Source: Syncephalis fuscata S228 | Taxonomy: Eukaryota > Fungi > Zoopagomycota | Assembly (NCBI GenBank): GCA_025786725.1 | Contig: JAHLTZ010000021.1 | Location: 124,001 to 188,000 of the forward strand | Reading direction: 5' to 3' | Length of the DNA stretch: 64,000 bases | Part shown: positions 44,039 to 59,846 of the stretch, in pieces | Layout: every line of letters starts with the position of its first letter | How positions within the stretch are numbered: position 1 is the stretch's first letter | The notes under the pieces: generated by a model | Databases searched by the model: none | Seen by the model: only the letters and a program-made list of their open reading frames with translations | What the model was told of the DNA's origin: nothing | Translations under genes and position numbers: made by a program

Positions 44039-45671
44039 ATGCGTGTTCCTACTTTTTCCATTGTAACCGCTGTGTGCTGCATTGTAGCAGCAGCCGCTTT
44101 CCATAACGCTGAAGCAACGCCGGAAAACGAGACGGTGTCCTCTGCCGCCCCATCATGGGCACAGCGCCGACAAGAAGTTGTGACAATGCTACGCAAATGC
44201 TGGGAATCTTACCGCAAGGATGCCTTTGGCGCCGACGTCTACCATCCGCTATCTCATCGTGGCGACTGGTTTGGTCCTAACAAGCGCGGTATTGGGTTTA
44301 CCATTGCCGACTCCCTCGATACGCTGCTAATGGCCGGACTCCGCACCGAGTACGAACAGGGCCGTGACTGGATCTCTAGCAGCCTATCATTTAACATTGA
44401 CGCGTCCGTCAGTCTATTTGAAACAACCATTCGGGTACTCGGTGGTTTGTTGAGTGGTTACACGCTCTCAGGTGACAAGATTTTGCTTGAGCGTGCTCGT
44501 GAACTTGGTGACCGACTACTTCCTGCCTATGCAACACCAAGTGGTCTACCATATCCGCTTATTAACTTGGCTACCGGAAAAGGCAGCTACTTTGGCGGAC
44601 GTGGTGAGGTTGTCGGCTTGGCCGAGGTTGGCACCTTACAGCTAGAGATGCGTGAGCTTTCTCGACTGACCGGCAATCCCAAATACTGGGAGGCTGCTAA
44701 ACGCGCCGACGATGTTCTTGCCAAATGAAGACATTCGACGGCCTGCTTCCCACCGTTTTTCCTCCACCAAAGCCTGGATTTACGATCCAAGGCTACACCA
44801 TGGGTGCTGTGGCTGATAGCTACTATGAATATTTATTAAAACAATGGATGCAATCCAGCAAAACCAACAATAGCATGCGCCAACGATATGATGCTGCTAT
44901 GCAGGGCATGCGCAAACACTTGGTTAAAGTTTCGCCCAATAACCGCAACGTCTTTGTCGGTGATATTCGGGACGATGGCAGCTTTTCATCACGTATGGAG
45001 CATTTGACCTGCTTCATTGGTGGCACTCTTGCTCTAGGCGCTATGAACGATCGCGGCAATCCTGCCCGTGCTAAGAGCGATTTGGAGCTTGCCGCTTCCA
45101 TAACAGATACCTGCGTGAAAATGTACACATCCATGCCAACAGGTCTCTCGCCAGAAATCGTCCGTATTCGTGAATCACGATCCAATAATGCAGGCACCAC
45201 TGATATGTACGTTGCCAGCGGAGAGACCTACAACATTCTACGTCCAGAAACATTAGAAAGTCTCTTTTTGATGTGGCGTGCCACTGGCAACGTCAAGTAT
45301 CGGTAAGCATCGACTTACCGCAATTACAACTATTTACTAACGCACTTTGATTCTCAATCATTATAGCGAGCAAGCTTGGGCCATTTTCGAAGCATTCAAA
45401 AAACACGCACTGACCCCTGATGGCAACTGCTTCACCTCGCTTCGTGATGTTACCAAGGTTCCTGCTGTAACAATGGACGTTATGGAATCATTCCTTATTG
45501 TAAGCAAACAATATCATTAGCCAGAATGACAGCAATACTAATACTTTATATCTATAGGCCGAAACCTTCAAATATCTTATCCTAATCTTCGATGATAGTC
45601 CCAACGCATTGCCATTGGACCGTTATGTCTTGACGACTGAGGCACATCCACTTCCTATTTTCAAAGCTTAA
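44039..45671 (+). CDS. GH47 alpha-1,2-mannosidase with cleavable-looking signal peptide; apparent 1-nt deletion near 44725; 2 introns
   Basis: TIADSLDTL; [15 protein letters not shown]; [10 protein letters not shown]; [10 protein letters not shown]; MEHLTCF; LRPETLESL; MESFLLAETFKY; TTEAHP. Confidence 0.93.
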
Positions 45672-46772
45672 TTACTGCTGTTAATGAATTCATATCAAGT
45701 TGTAGATGACTATAATAAACAATTATGCCTATAAACACATGCAATGCAATATATTTGCACGGTCTATGATAGTACTTATTTATGCAAATGTTAGTAAATT
45801 AGTAGATGTGTATTGTGTATCATTTAACAGTATTGCATCGTCAAATCATTAGGTTATATCATGATTTGTGAGTCAAATGACCATTCTTAACAGCATTCGC
45901 GTAATTGAACTACATATTCGCTCTATTGAACATGGAACTGGATGGTGAGTTTATTAGTGATTAAACTATTTACCACCATAGATTTATTATCCAGTATCCA
46001 TATACCTCTATCCACTACTTATATCATTTACATTTATCCCATACTACTATGTATTATTCGTATTATACTGGAAACATTTTGTTTATCATAGACTTTAACC
46101 CACTAAGCTATACGCATTAAAACTCTAGCACAGCTATCCATACACTTTCATTGTATATTTATTCTACTGTATACTGTTCTACCATATAACAGCTAGGCAT
46201 TGTTCTAAATTACTATCAATATAGCTCTAATTTTATTAATTATAAATTAAACTTTATATGAATATAAAACGCTGCTGCTATGAATGAATAGATGGTATGT
46301 GCATACTGGATAATAAATCTATAATAAGGATGGTGTTTGATACTGATGTCATTCTTCACTCAGTATCACGTTTAATAAAACGAATATTATTAAGTAAAGT
46401 CATTTGACATTCAATTTTGGTACAATCTTGATTTTCTTCTTTTCTGTCGTTCTCACAATCATTATAGCATATGTGCAGCTAAATAAATGATATCTATTTT
46501 ATCCATGTTCCATCTACCTTCTACTTTTAACTCTACTTAATAAATTGCATAAAAATTTGTCAATAATTCTTTATATCCTATAGTCTGTTGGTCAATAAAT
46601 TAGAATAAATACTAATGATCTCAACGGATTATGCAATTCTGACTCATCATTTGTATCTACAATGTCATCCTATATTTTAACTTCATTTATATCAAGTGGC
46701 AATAGATGGCAATAGCATCGATAAACACAGCGTTATCTGTAGAAACTACATTCAGTTTATATGATCGATGGT

Positions 46773-47268
<496 letters not shown>

Positions 47269-48737
47269 TTTTAACAAAGAATAGTTGTGTTTGTGGCGCG
47301 ACCAGTATAAAAGGATTTCAAGGAGTAAAGGAACGAGAAGCGAGTGCTGCGTATCCGTTGCTGACGCAAAGGCAGCTCTGCCTTTATTGAATACAGATTG
47401 AACTGTATAAGTCATCATGGATCATCAGCCATTGATAGTTCCCATCATACTTTTATATATAAACAATGCCACAACTATTTCTATTAAATTTTACTATGCG
47501 CCCCATACTTTGAGTCCCCAAAGCAAAATTCGTTTCAATTGAAATCATGTCGTTGTTATACACAACATAATTATATTGCTTCCTATTAAAATGTTGTTAA
47601 TAAATTGATTTAAATAAACAATGTAACATACTATTTTATTTCTTTGGAGCATTTGAGGTCGATTATTATTGTTGTTGGCCATGTATAGAAATATTGATTG
47701 AATATTAACATATTACAATGAGTTGCATTTACTACAATTCAACCATGTTAGCTATTTTAGCAACGATATCAACAATTATTCAGTTAATTGTTCTATTTGA
47801 CTGTACTAGTGTTGTGCACTAATAGATACATGCTATGTACCATTTTATTTTCAACTTTTGATTTTGATATTTGTTAATTGAATTAAATAAGCTATATCAT
47901 TGTATAAAATATTGTATGGCATTTAACATTATTATACAATTTAATTTAATTTATTAGCAATTTAGTATAGTTTGTGGTTAAAATGGCTATTTTGATAACG
48001 TTCAATTTGTTAAACATGATGATGAGTGATGAATAACATCAATCAACAAATTATAATGCCTTGAATACTTTACAGCAACAATAATATGGATTAACATTTA
48101 TTTATTATATTTTGTTGTGAGTAACATGAAAATGCTATTTAATATCTATTTCTATACTGACAATAGTGCGAACTGGCTCAACCTTGCTTAATTCAAATGG
48201 AGTTGACATAGAGCACTTCAGCAAATCACTTCAGTATCAAAAACTGATGAACGGTTTGTTGTCCAAAATTAAGCTACTGATATTTTTGCTTCCAGTTTAA
48301 CCTATGGTGCACAAAGCGAAATAGCTTTCAATACTGTTTACAATCCTAATTGATAATCCAATGAGTTAAGGGGGACTATCCTATCATTGCTAGCATTCGT
48401 GTACATCACGCTCCATCAAGGTTTATTCCAATTCCTGTAGATATAACTGCCAAGCATCACTGCCCTTGGATGCACTTGTAGATCCAAACAGCTTCCAGTT
48501 CAACCTATGAATCCATAGTCTCGTGCATCAAACGTTTCATCTAGTTCGCTTGGTAACCAAGTTCTACAAAACCTCGACAATATTGGCACTTTTGCCAAAA
48601 CCGGTCTTTGTTCCCCATCCTCCTTCTGCATTATCAGTAGTTAATATAGCCATCGTAGTAGCTATTATTATTCTCTACTTACTCTCTCTTTTAAATAGCT
48701 GCTTATCATTTATATATACTTCGTGCTGGCGCGAGCG

Positions 48738-49507
48738 ATGAACATGATTCGGCATCTCTTTGCTCTTGTCTTTGCTGCCGTCGTCCTTATTTCTTGGCAG
48801 GCGGTGCAAGTAAGTTTGGCGAATTAGCCCCTTTGGTTTGTCGTTAATAGCCGACTAACAAATGCTGCCATTTCAATGACGTTTGCGGCCCAACAGGCTC
48901 AATCTTCTATATTCAATCTCAATATAGCGCCAAAACAGCTATGGGGCACATGTAGTGATGGCCCTGTCGATAAAGTATTCGTCAATGCGGCTACTAATTC
49001 TCCAATCGGCCTAGATGGCATCTATATCGTCGATCAACACTCCTTCGACCAGCTACGTGCCAACTACAATGGATCTTCAGTAACACCGCCCGACAATATT
49101 CTACGCTACAATGGACAAAAAACCACATTCGACGACATTGGCCATGCGTTATTGGCGTGCGAGAAGGTCAATGGCGTTCGTGTTAATAATTGTACCATTG
49201 GCACAGGACGAGGTGCCATTAGCTTGTCACCAAAAGGCGTGGCATGTCTTGTGGTTAGCAATGTAGCGTCCAGTGTGCCAGTTCCTGCCAATGTATCTGT
49301 GGCATTTGGCGAAGCAGCTACAAGCGTAACAACAGGCGATGCCGCACGAGGTAATAGATATGATGGCACGCTATTGTTAGCAGTGTTGATTGCCGCTATC
49401 GTACTTGGTAAGTAATGATTATTACAAATAATAGTAATAGTAATAGTAAATTTATTTATTAACCAATTTTATTAATTATTATAGGTCCACTGTCACAATT
49501 TATGTAA
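48738..49507 (+). CDS. Secreted/GPI-type 4-Cys family member 6 (introns 48810-48896 and 49408-49484)
   Basis: Signal exon MNMIRHLFALVFAAVVLISWQAVQ; IAPKQLWGTC; GLDGIY; LAC; NCTIG; ACLVVSN; GPI-like tail. Confidence 0.8.
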
Positions 49508-49695
49508 ATAAGCAGCCAACTGGTTGTTTACAAGATTATTTTTAACCAGTAGAAACTGTTGCATTTGATACACTTTCTATTGGATTCCTATTGTATTCAT
49601 GATTACTTACTACCTTTTAGCGTGGACATATTAAGTTTTTTTGTGATGATATTATATTTATACCTCTTAAACTTTATTATATAAAATATTTGAAA

Positions 49696-50365
<670 letters not shown>

Positions 50366-50605
50366 AGTGTGCAAAGTATAAAAAGGCGCTATCGTTGTTC
50401 TTTGAGAACAAACAAAAAAACATTTTTTATTATCTTTGAACAAACAAACAAACAAAAACACTCGAGTGAAGTCATTTTATATTTTTTGGTGTTATTTAAT
50501 CTTGATAAGTCAGGTTCGTCATTCGTTCGTGCACTCTCACGACAACTACCTTTTTTTCCTTAAACAACACACATTCCCTGGCCATTGTTTGTACTTGAGG
50601 CCATC

Positions 50606-51976
50606 ATGACAACTAGTAACGACAATTCGACACCAGCGGTGTCTATCGCGGCTACTTCCGGTGTTGAAGGAGCGGTAAATGCAATGAGCGGGCTGTCATT
50701 AGGTTCATCAAACGAAGCGACGTCCGATACTTTTTTATATGACCTGTAAGTAACTTGCCGTTTTGTCAAGAACAAAGGAATAACAATAAACGCTATTGAC
50801 CGTTCTAGGAGCATGCCTGTATTCGAACGTATCCTACGCGGCATAGGACGTTATCGCAAGAAGCGTAAATGGAATAGCCCGCAGTATGCACAGCTATTCA
50901 CTGTTTACATGCGTTTTGGTCAAGTTAATATTGGCGATAAGCCATTTGGAAAAAAGGACGTCGACAACGAGCCAGATTATAGCCCTGATGAATCATCGGA
51001 TGAAGAGGATGAAAAAGACCTTCAATACTTGTCGGATGATTCGACAGAAATACTGGAACGTAATAAACGGCCTAGCAAATCTGGATCCAAGAGCAATAAT
51101 CAAAAATCGCTGGAAAAGGCCGAACAAGACAGTCTGTATGCACTGCAAGGCAGCGAAGAAGATTTGGATATCGACTTTGTTGGATGTACTCGCCAGTTCC
51201 TATCCACCTATATGCTGCGTGACTCTTATTTCTACAGCCCAACGGCGTTTGAAGATGCGCCACAAGTAGTAACGAATTTTCTTACCTGGATGAAACAATT
51301 TAACGTATGCCCCGAATATAATGGCGATCTTAATGAATCTCTTCGTGTGTGCCGATGGGCGGCTGAAGAGTTGCCGAAATGCAAACAAGCGCTCATGGCA
51401 TTCCCAGGCCGTTTTAACAGTGTATGTGCGGCTAAATATGGTGGACGACTCTATGACACGTATGGTGCAAGTCAAGAACTGGCCGATGAATGGACCGATA
51501 CGAATATGCAGTATATATTCGGTTTAACGAAAGAACAGGTTGAATTACTTACCGATCGCGCATTTGGAGAAGTGTTCCACGTTGAGGAGTGTATACGTAC
51601 AATGAAGGTAGCACGTGCCGAAAAATACGACCCCAATCATCCATTTATCGATGAGAATCCGCGTATTCTTATTCCGCATGGACGGATCTGGTTGTACGAG
51701 CACGATATGAAGGGACATCGACCAGGCGAGCCATGGGCGGAGACGAAGGAAAGCGTGCTCGCTAAAGCTAGCGAGGCTATGGCCAGAAATGAAGGTCTAA
51801 TTTGTTTGTATGTAGATCCGGTAATAGCAGATTCAATGCTGCCTGGCATGGTATTTACCGCAGAGTTCCATTTGCTTTCCAATGGTATATGGTATATTGA
51901 TAGCGTAATGAGTCTATGGCCATCCTACTATCTTGATGATGTTCAAGAAATCAGTGACAGTGATAGTGATGTTTAG
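50606..51976 (+). CDS. ARB1: Argonaute-binding protein Arb1-like (ARC complex), intron 50746-50809
   Basis: YD.SMPVFERI..I.RYRKKR; DIDFVGCTRQFLS; APQVVTNFL...VCPEY; AAEELPKC..FPGRFN..C; PGMVF.A.F; WPSYY. This matches the Arb1 family pattern from memory. Confidence 0.8.
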
Positions 51977-52196
51977 TTTTTTATTTTATTTTCATAGCTC
52001 AGTTTGTGTTGCTAAGAAACTGCTTGTGATGCTAAATTTAGTCAGTTGATTACATCTTTAAAAATAAATGTTTTGTTTATTTAATTGTAGTCTTAATTTG
52101 TCATTTGTTGACTATTTACACTGATACCATGCTTCCATACTTGATCATTCATAGGACAAATAAAGGTAAATTCAGACTACATTAGCCATTGACGAT

Positions 52197-53924
52197 CTAG
52201 TCATAGTCATCGTCATCGAAATCAACGTGAAGTTTTAATGCTTTCGCATTGCCACATAGTTTTGTTGAATTACACGTGCCAATGCGTGATTCGAGTAGTT
52301 TTTTGAATTGTTTCCATGGACATAGGTTTGGATCGTTGGAACATTCAGGAATATGAATGGGCACTTCGTTATGTAAAATACGATTATAAAGTCATCTTTT
52401 TGAGCATCACACCGTAGCAGCTCAATATGGAGATTGGCCGCCAATGGTGCAATACGAGAGAGATGATACTCGCGTGCTGGATCAAGAGTAGGAACCTCAT
52501 TATAAAGATCCTAAAATAAAACAAAAAGAATTAATAATAATAAATGTAAAGTGCAATTGGCCTATCTTTCTTACCAAAAATCCGAGAGCTAGTAAAAATG
52601 TCTCTGTTGATGTAAACGAAGACGCCATAATGGAGCAGGTTGCCCTGTAACAATGCTATTGATCTCATTAAGAATACGCGAAAAGAGTAAACATGATATG
52701 TGTGTTACTGGACTGTTATTGCCAATTATTCTGGAATAAGCATATACATCTTGTTTGTAATCGGTGTAGGTAAGAGCACCGATATGGTCGTTGTTACCAT
52801 AGGAATAAAGTAAATTGATAGCGGGCGAAGTGAGTGCGGCTACCGCATCAGGTTCCAAAAGTTGGCACCATTGATTTGAAATGCCTAGCAATGTATACTC
52901 GAATGCACAAGCTTGAGCCATTGCTTCTACGAGTGCTTCAGACACTTTAAACTTCAATTGTCTTGACAATTCATCAATAATTTTTGACAAATGGGTATCT
53001 TAAATTTAGTCAATTGTTGCTCAGCATCAGTTTCATCATTCATATCAGCTGTCAACTCGTAACATGATGTATATGGCGACAGTTCCTTATCATCATTCTA
53101 TCAAATATGTTATTATTATTATTATTATTAATTGTTATTATCATTGTACTATTACTTACTAGTGGAGTGGTATGTAACTGTTCATCCGATAAACGACGTC
53201 CTGAAAATGCACTTGCATACGCTTGAGCCGACTCAATTGAACTATAAAAATTGATTAAACTACTTTAAAGTAATTATACGTAATGTTTACTACTACCTTT
53301 TTGTTGCCGAACTAGCGTACCAGGTACTAGATGACGTTCAGCAGCCATACTATGCATCCAGCGACGATAGCGATCCAAGTCTCGCTGGGCCAATAAAGCC
53401 ATGTCACGTCGACCCAAACTTGTAAGCTCATCAACTTGGTCGACATTATAAGGATTACGCCAGTTCTTTAGCCAGCTTGGCCAGCTTTGCTGTTTGTTCG
53501 CTTGTATTGTTGCCTCTAATTCACTAAAGCCTACATTCTCCATTTGAGATGGGTAGTGAGTAGCGTGGCGGGCTAATAGCTGAAAGTGCACAAGTTCACA
53601 GGTCAGCGGCACCTTGCTTGCTCTTGATGATTTTGCGGTGTTCAAGGGATAAGGGGCCCGCGTGCCAAGTAGTGCGGGCAATGGCTGTATTGGAAAGCGT
53701 TGTTCTTCCAATGGCAGTGTATCTTTGCTCTGATCATGGCTCTGTCTGGTTGTTGTTGTTTTCGTCGCCGAGTCTGATTCTAATGTGGCCCATGAAGCTA
53801 CAAATCCATCCTCTGTTGGTAGATATTTCCAAATGGTCCAGGTGAGCCCTAGCCAACAAATAATCAACCAGTAGAACATATGGTGTCGTCGATATCTCCG
53901 CTGATTTCTCGTGTACCACGCCAT
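52197..53924 (-). CDS. Histidine acid phosphatase, MINPP1/phytase-like, N-terminal membrane anchor, degenerate catalytic motifs, apparent frameshifts
   Basis: CELVHFQLLARHATHYP; LTSLG; SAQAY; ACAFE; WCQL; RIAPLAANLHIELLRC. Confidence 0.8.
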
Positions 53925-55819
53925 ATTGATGCACTAGACCAACTAACTACGTAACAATAAAGATATAAAAAATAAAGCTATACGGAAAAGTACAAACTAC
54001 TATCGCCGTAATACACCTATAATTTCCGTCTATAGTCTTACGTCGCCTCTATCCTGCCGATTACGCACGCAGTTACACACGCGCGCCATTGCTCAATCAA
54101 TGACGTACTCTTGTTGGATATTTGAGCCAATCACTGGCAGGTATGGACCATTTTTGTTATTTTTTTAATATATATATATTGTATCTTTTACTGATTAAAA
54201 TTTTATTTTTCTTTACAAATATTAACATATTGCAATTAGTTGTATTGAATATAACTAACAATAATTATTCAAGTTAAAATAATGTTAATGATTTATCTGT
54301 TTATTTTAGTTATTTCTTTTATTGCTTTTGCACTAATATCAAGCTAATATTAAACTATTTATTAATAATTAACATAATTTGAAGGACAAATAATTATTTT
54401 TAATAAGATTTGCGTAATTGAATATGGGGACAAGTGGCGAGTTTTATTAATCATCACATCATCACATTTATTGTTTGCTTAGTGGTCAAATGACTAACAT
54501 TTAATAACATCCAATCTATTGGACATAATGATGAATGGTGAATGACATCAAACTCTAAAATATCGTCATTGTCACTATATTCTTTGTGGACTTCAACCTG
54601 ATTCATTTAGATAGATAGATAGATATGTATATATACTATGCCTTGATTACCAATATTCGTATATTTCTTTGTTTCTACATATGAATTCATATTATTTTAT
54701 GTTTTGACAATATAAAAGTATTTACTTAGTTTTAGCTTACATACAAGTATCTAGTGTCAATAGATAAATATGACAAAACGTTAGCATTTACGCTAATGTT
54801 TATTTATAAACTGCAAAAAATTCATAGCTATTGACAACAAGGGCCATGCATTTGTATATACACAATATACTATTGTTTCCATAACCAAATGCATTAGAAA
54901 TTACATTGGTTACTATGCTAGAAAACATCGTTATTCAGAAAGAAATACTGATGCTTGAAAATGTTTCAGTGATGATTCATATTGAACCAAACCATTTATA
55001 ACATTTAGCAGTCTATATAACGTGTAAAAGAATACCTGATAACTACTGCTAATATGGGAAGAGTGGAGAAAAGCGTGACGTAGATTGTCCAATGTGCAAT
55101 TGACGGACTGTATTGATAAAAATGTCAGGCACAACTATTGACAACAAACCAATAAGCGGAATATTAATAATAAAATTCCGATCAAAATGTCGGTATCCTT
55201 GAACATATCATTAGTAATGCGTGGCAAAAAGTATGGACGTCATTTTACACCAAAGTTCAGTACATTACAAAACACATTATTAGTGAATTAACTGCTTTTA
55301 AACTAAATATATGTAATCGTCTTTCTCGATTTCTCTTGTTATACGTCATATTATAATTAATTTAAAAGAGTGTTGGAAATATATGTGATTGTCACTTACG
55401 ACACTGCTTTATAAATGACGCATTTTACGGTTAAAATGTTGAACCAATCGTTGGCATGCAAATTCAGCTTCATTGATATCACTATCTCCTTTTTTGAGTG
55501 AATATTCGCCTATGCACCCATTCTATTTGTTGGGGGACCTTTGCTGCAGCCTTCTTCATTGTTCCTGCTGCTGCTGCTGCTGTTGTTGTTGTTAAACTCT
55601 CTATTGTGCGTATATATACCGGCCATTGTTATCTGAGCGCTTTTTAATACTTGCGTTTGTTGTTCACCAATATCTTCTTTTGTATTCAATGAAGCATTTG
55701 AACTATATTTACCAACCCCGTGGCTATTATTTTATTATTATTGTTACTATCGTCTCTAGCGCTCATCATCTTGTTTAAAGCTAGTGCTAGCTTTTATCTG
55801 CTGTGAATAGTTTGTAAAC

Positions 55820-56707
55820 ATGGTCGTCGATAATAGTCCACTTCAGGTGGTCTCCTACACAATAGGCTGGATATACTTTCTGGCCTGGTCGGCTAGTTTC
55901 TATCCCCAAGTAATTCTTAACTGGAAGCGTAAGAGTGTTCAGGGCTTATCCTTGGATTTTGTCTACTTGAATACGCTCGGTTTCTTCTCCTATGCCGTCT
56001 ATAACACTGTGTTGTATTTTGATCCCGTCGTGCGCGAGCAATATCGCCGTCGCCACGATGGTGAGAATAATTTGGTACAGCTCAATGATGTAGTATTTGG
56101 TCTGCACGCCATCATATTCATATTTCTTACATTGGGACAAACATTTGTTTATAAGGTGATTATTATTATTATTGGCACCATTGTTTATTAATTTGTTTAT
56201 TATGAATACTGGTTAATAGAAAGATCCAGATGCAAAACGCCCCCTACTGTCCTACATCTTGATTCCAACCATGCTAGCTACCATTACAGTAGTTGGTGTC
56301 TTGACTGGTGCTGGTATATTGGAAGTGTTGGATTTTTGTACTGTCTCAGCTACATCAAATTGGTCTGCAGTTTTTCTAAATACTGTCCACAGCTGTATCT
56401 TAACTTTAAACGCAAATCTACTATTGGATGGAGTATTTGGAACATTCTGCTCGATATTACTGGCGGTATATTATCGATTAGTCAAGAGGTACTTGATGCG
56501 TACATCAGTGGACACTGGGCCGGTATCACTGGCAATGTGGCCAAATTTGCACTCGGTTTTTTGTCAATTGGATTCGATACGGCGTTTATCGTCCAGCACT
56601 ATATACTATATCCAGATCGTACTGATTATTATCAAATGGACGACGACCATCCATCGACAACATCTCGTCATAACAAAGGAACTGTCGTGTTGCCTGGCAA
56701 AAAGTAA
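55820..56707 (+). CDS. ERS1: Cystinosin / PQ-loop lysosomal-vacuolar transporter; apparent 1-nt deletion near 56335
   Basis: WSASFYPQVILNWKRKSVQGLSLDF; KYCPQLYLNFKRKSTIGWSIWNILLDITGG; QHYILY. Confidence 0.95.
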
Positions 56708-56937
56708 TAGGTAGCTATTTTGTCTGTGGATTTTAATTGGTAGCTATTGTGATTGTCGTGGTTGTTGTTGCTTCCGTGTATGACTTTCAGTTTAGAAAGT
56801 AAATTGCAATCATTTAGTAAAGATATTAATTTAAACGATTTAATAGAATTTAATAATAACTATTGAAAAAAACAAAGAACAAACGGCTTTTATTGGCCGT
56901 ACTAATATAATTAAAAAGCTACTGTTAATGTTGTAAA

Positions 56938-59846
56938 TCACGTCGTTCTATACGGAAGGCATCTCGGATGCAATAGGTTGCACCATTGATGTGTTTAAAC
57001 TCGTCCTTTTTTAATGGTATACCGCAGTCCTATTTGTGCTAATAAATGAATATCCTATCATACAATGATTCAGCCGCAGACTTACCTCGCAGCGGAAACA
57101 ATCAGTATGCCAAATATGTCCTAATTCTCGCACACATCCATCTCTAATTACCATGTGGCAGCTGTGGCATCGCTGTCCGTATAAAGAAAAGTAGTCGTAT
57201 GGACAGTAGGCACGTCCGCCATGAGCAACAAATGTTCCATTAGCAAAACTGAATTTGCAATGAGCACATCGAAAATGACTTGAGATCCAGTAGCGATCGA
57301 GTGCGTAAGTGCAAGTAGGCTATAATGGAGAATAGTATTAGTACATTGGCAATAGCAGTTGCTAGACTAGCCTACATCTGTAATAACTCTTGAACAGCAA
57401 GCACACATAGGATCGGCCTTCAATCGTCGTTTCAGCTTTAGCTTTAGCTTTTCCTTTGGCAAGGACGCGTGGCAGTCAGCTCGTGCCTCTTCTAGTGTCA
57501 CTTCACGTAACAATCGAATTTCAAGATTTCTTTCATCAACTGGTGCCGGTGGTGGAGCCACTATTGACTCTCGGTCAGAGCCATCTCTTGCAGATACCGT
57601 AGCATGGGATGATGTAGCAAATGAGGTCATGCTTAGTGTAGTATCTGATATCATTGTAAAGAACGGTGTGGCAAATCGAGATGAAGCCGGCACATTTGAA
57701 CGTTCATCTAATGGAAGATCTGCCGTATCACTAACTGTTGCCGATTTTTGTAAACGACGCGGCTGCAATTTCTTAGGACGCTGATTAGTAGTAATAGTTT
57801 GACTTTGCTTTGATTCATTTTGAATCGTGTCAGGTAGAATGATGATACTTGCTTCTGAGGCCTTTCTACGATTATGTGCCTTGTTATGTTCCCGTCGTTC
57901 TTCGCTCGTTGCCGATGAGGCAGTAACAAGCTGTGACGGCACGTGTTTTGCATCTGAAGCAGCACGAGGTCGTCGCGATATATGGGTGTTTTTCTTCGAT
58001 AGCGATGCTTGTGCCGACAATGGTATCGCTTCAGGCGGAGATGCGATAGACGAGTTACGCTTTGATCTTAATCCTTCGTCATTGCTATCGTCGATTAGAC
58101 TGGCTATACGTGGCGGGGGCACAAACTCTTCTACCGGTGGTTCAGGCACTGGCGGCGCATCACCGTCAGCCCATCGCACACGGCGTGCCTTAATATGTAT
58201 CGATTGGCCAACCTGTGCTCGCCGATCCGGATTGCTAACTGTTACCTGCTGGCCTACAACATGTCTTACTTCGCCAGCTTTCTGCAACCATTGATCACAC
58301 TTTTCATTGTGGCCAATTTGATTAGCCGTAAGTGGTGGTGTAAAAGTACGAACTGGCATGGCCGCCGGTATCTGCTGCCGATTGACCGAATCAAGCCGAG
58401 GTGGAGGATAAATACGAGGTGGAGCCGATGGATTAAACAACGGGGCCGAAGTAGATGTTGTTGTAAACGAATCTATTTCTGAATAATCGGTAGAGTTGTC
58501 CCCGCTAGACTTTGTCTCTTTTGAAAATGTTTTAATTCATTGCTTTTTTGTGAATATTGATTTGACGGTAATGGCGGTATCGGCCAGCTTTCCTGAAGTT
58601 GCTGTTTAGTATCATTCAACTGCACCGGCCCATCCATAATAAGAGACGGTTCGTAGAAAATTCCTGTCACTGCATCTGTCACCGAATCCATAAGACCTGG
58701 CGAAAGTATTACTGGCGGTGTAGCGGAACGTGGAGCAATATTAACAAGTCGTCGAATCGATTTGCCTGACAGTTGTTCACTTGAACGGCGCTGATGTGAA
58801 CCACGAAATCTTACTCGTGTACTATTTATTGATGTGTCTGGTGTTGCGTCAAATGATTTGTCTGCATCGGATTCAAAGGATATTTGCCCATTACTATCAT
58901 TGAAATAAACATCAATATTGAAATCTGATACATTAGCCGAGTCATCCACTGATGATGCAATTATCGAAGACTCATCTAGTATCTGTATCTGATTAGCTGT
59001 TTGAATAGTGATATTACTGCCAGCAGGTGTTGTCATTATGTATTGATCATCAATACTATCGGCCCACATAGCCATACTAGCATCCGATATAGTGCTCATT
59101 GAATTTCTGTACTTGACAGGTACATTGCGGCCAGGTTTGTGGGCCTGTGGATTACCAACGACCGTATTATCGGAGCTTTTTGTATGATCACTACCACTAC
59201 TAATGGTTTCAAACGTAGCTGCCCGTTTGTGTATTTTTACCGGTTGAGGTGGTGGTGGTGGCGTAGCAACTCGGTGAGGTGAATGATCGGCAATACTTCC
59301 AAATGGCACACGTTCGCCATCAAACATATCTGGAGAAATAGGGGAAAAAATCTCTGCAGTATGAGGATTAATATTGCCGGCTTTTGGCTTATTTCGTAAA
59401 GCGACTTTTTGCCGTACAGCTGTGGTAATAAGCGAGGCGGACCGAGCTGGCGCTTTAGGCGTTGTCGCAGTATCAATGCCCAGTATGTTACGACGCGCAA
59501 CAGCTCCTTTGGCTATATTATTTGGTCGACCTTGGCTGCTATGGCTGATAGTATGATTACGACGTGGTAAATTGTCGTCTTTCATCGATTGGTTTGGTGT
59601 ATTAATGGGCGCTACAATCCCGTCGCATTGTGACTCCAATCTCTGTTCTGATTTCTCCTCCAAAGTAAGCGGAAGATTTGGTGGTTTATACGCGGGTGGC
59701 GGTGGAATGGTCAACACTGAAGATTGTGCAGAGTGTGCAGTCATCCGGGGAGTATTTGGCGGGGCAGGCAATGCACTAACCGCACTAAGTGTAGAAGTAT
59801 TCTGATCAGAATTCATACTGAGCGCACCTGGCGTCTCGGTAGACAT
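56938..59846 (-). CDS. Large Pro/Ser-rich protein with C-terminal LIM domains (paxillin/Pxl1-like); apparent frameshift near 58460
   Basis: CACCSRVI..ALDRYW..HFRCAHC; YCPYDYFSLYGQRCHSC..I..GCVRELGHIWHTDCFRCEDC. Confidence 0.85.

Noticed and set aside
45780-46700. Possible decayed gene on the minus strand between GH47 and RBX1
   Set aside because: Only isolated words such as IVVWD; no ordered motifs
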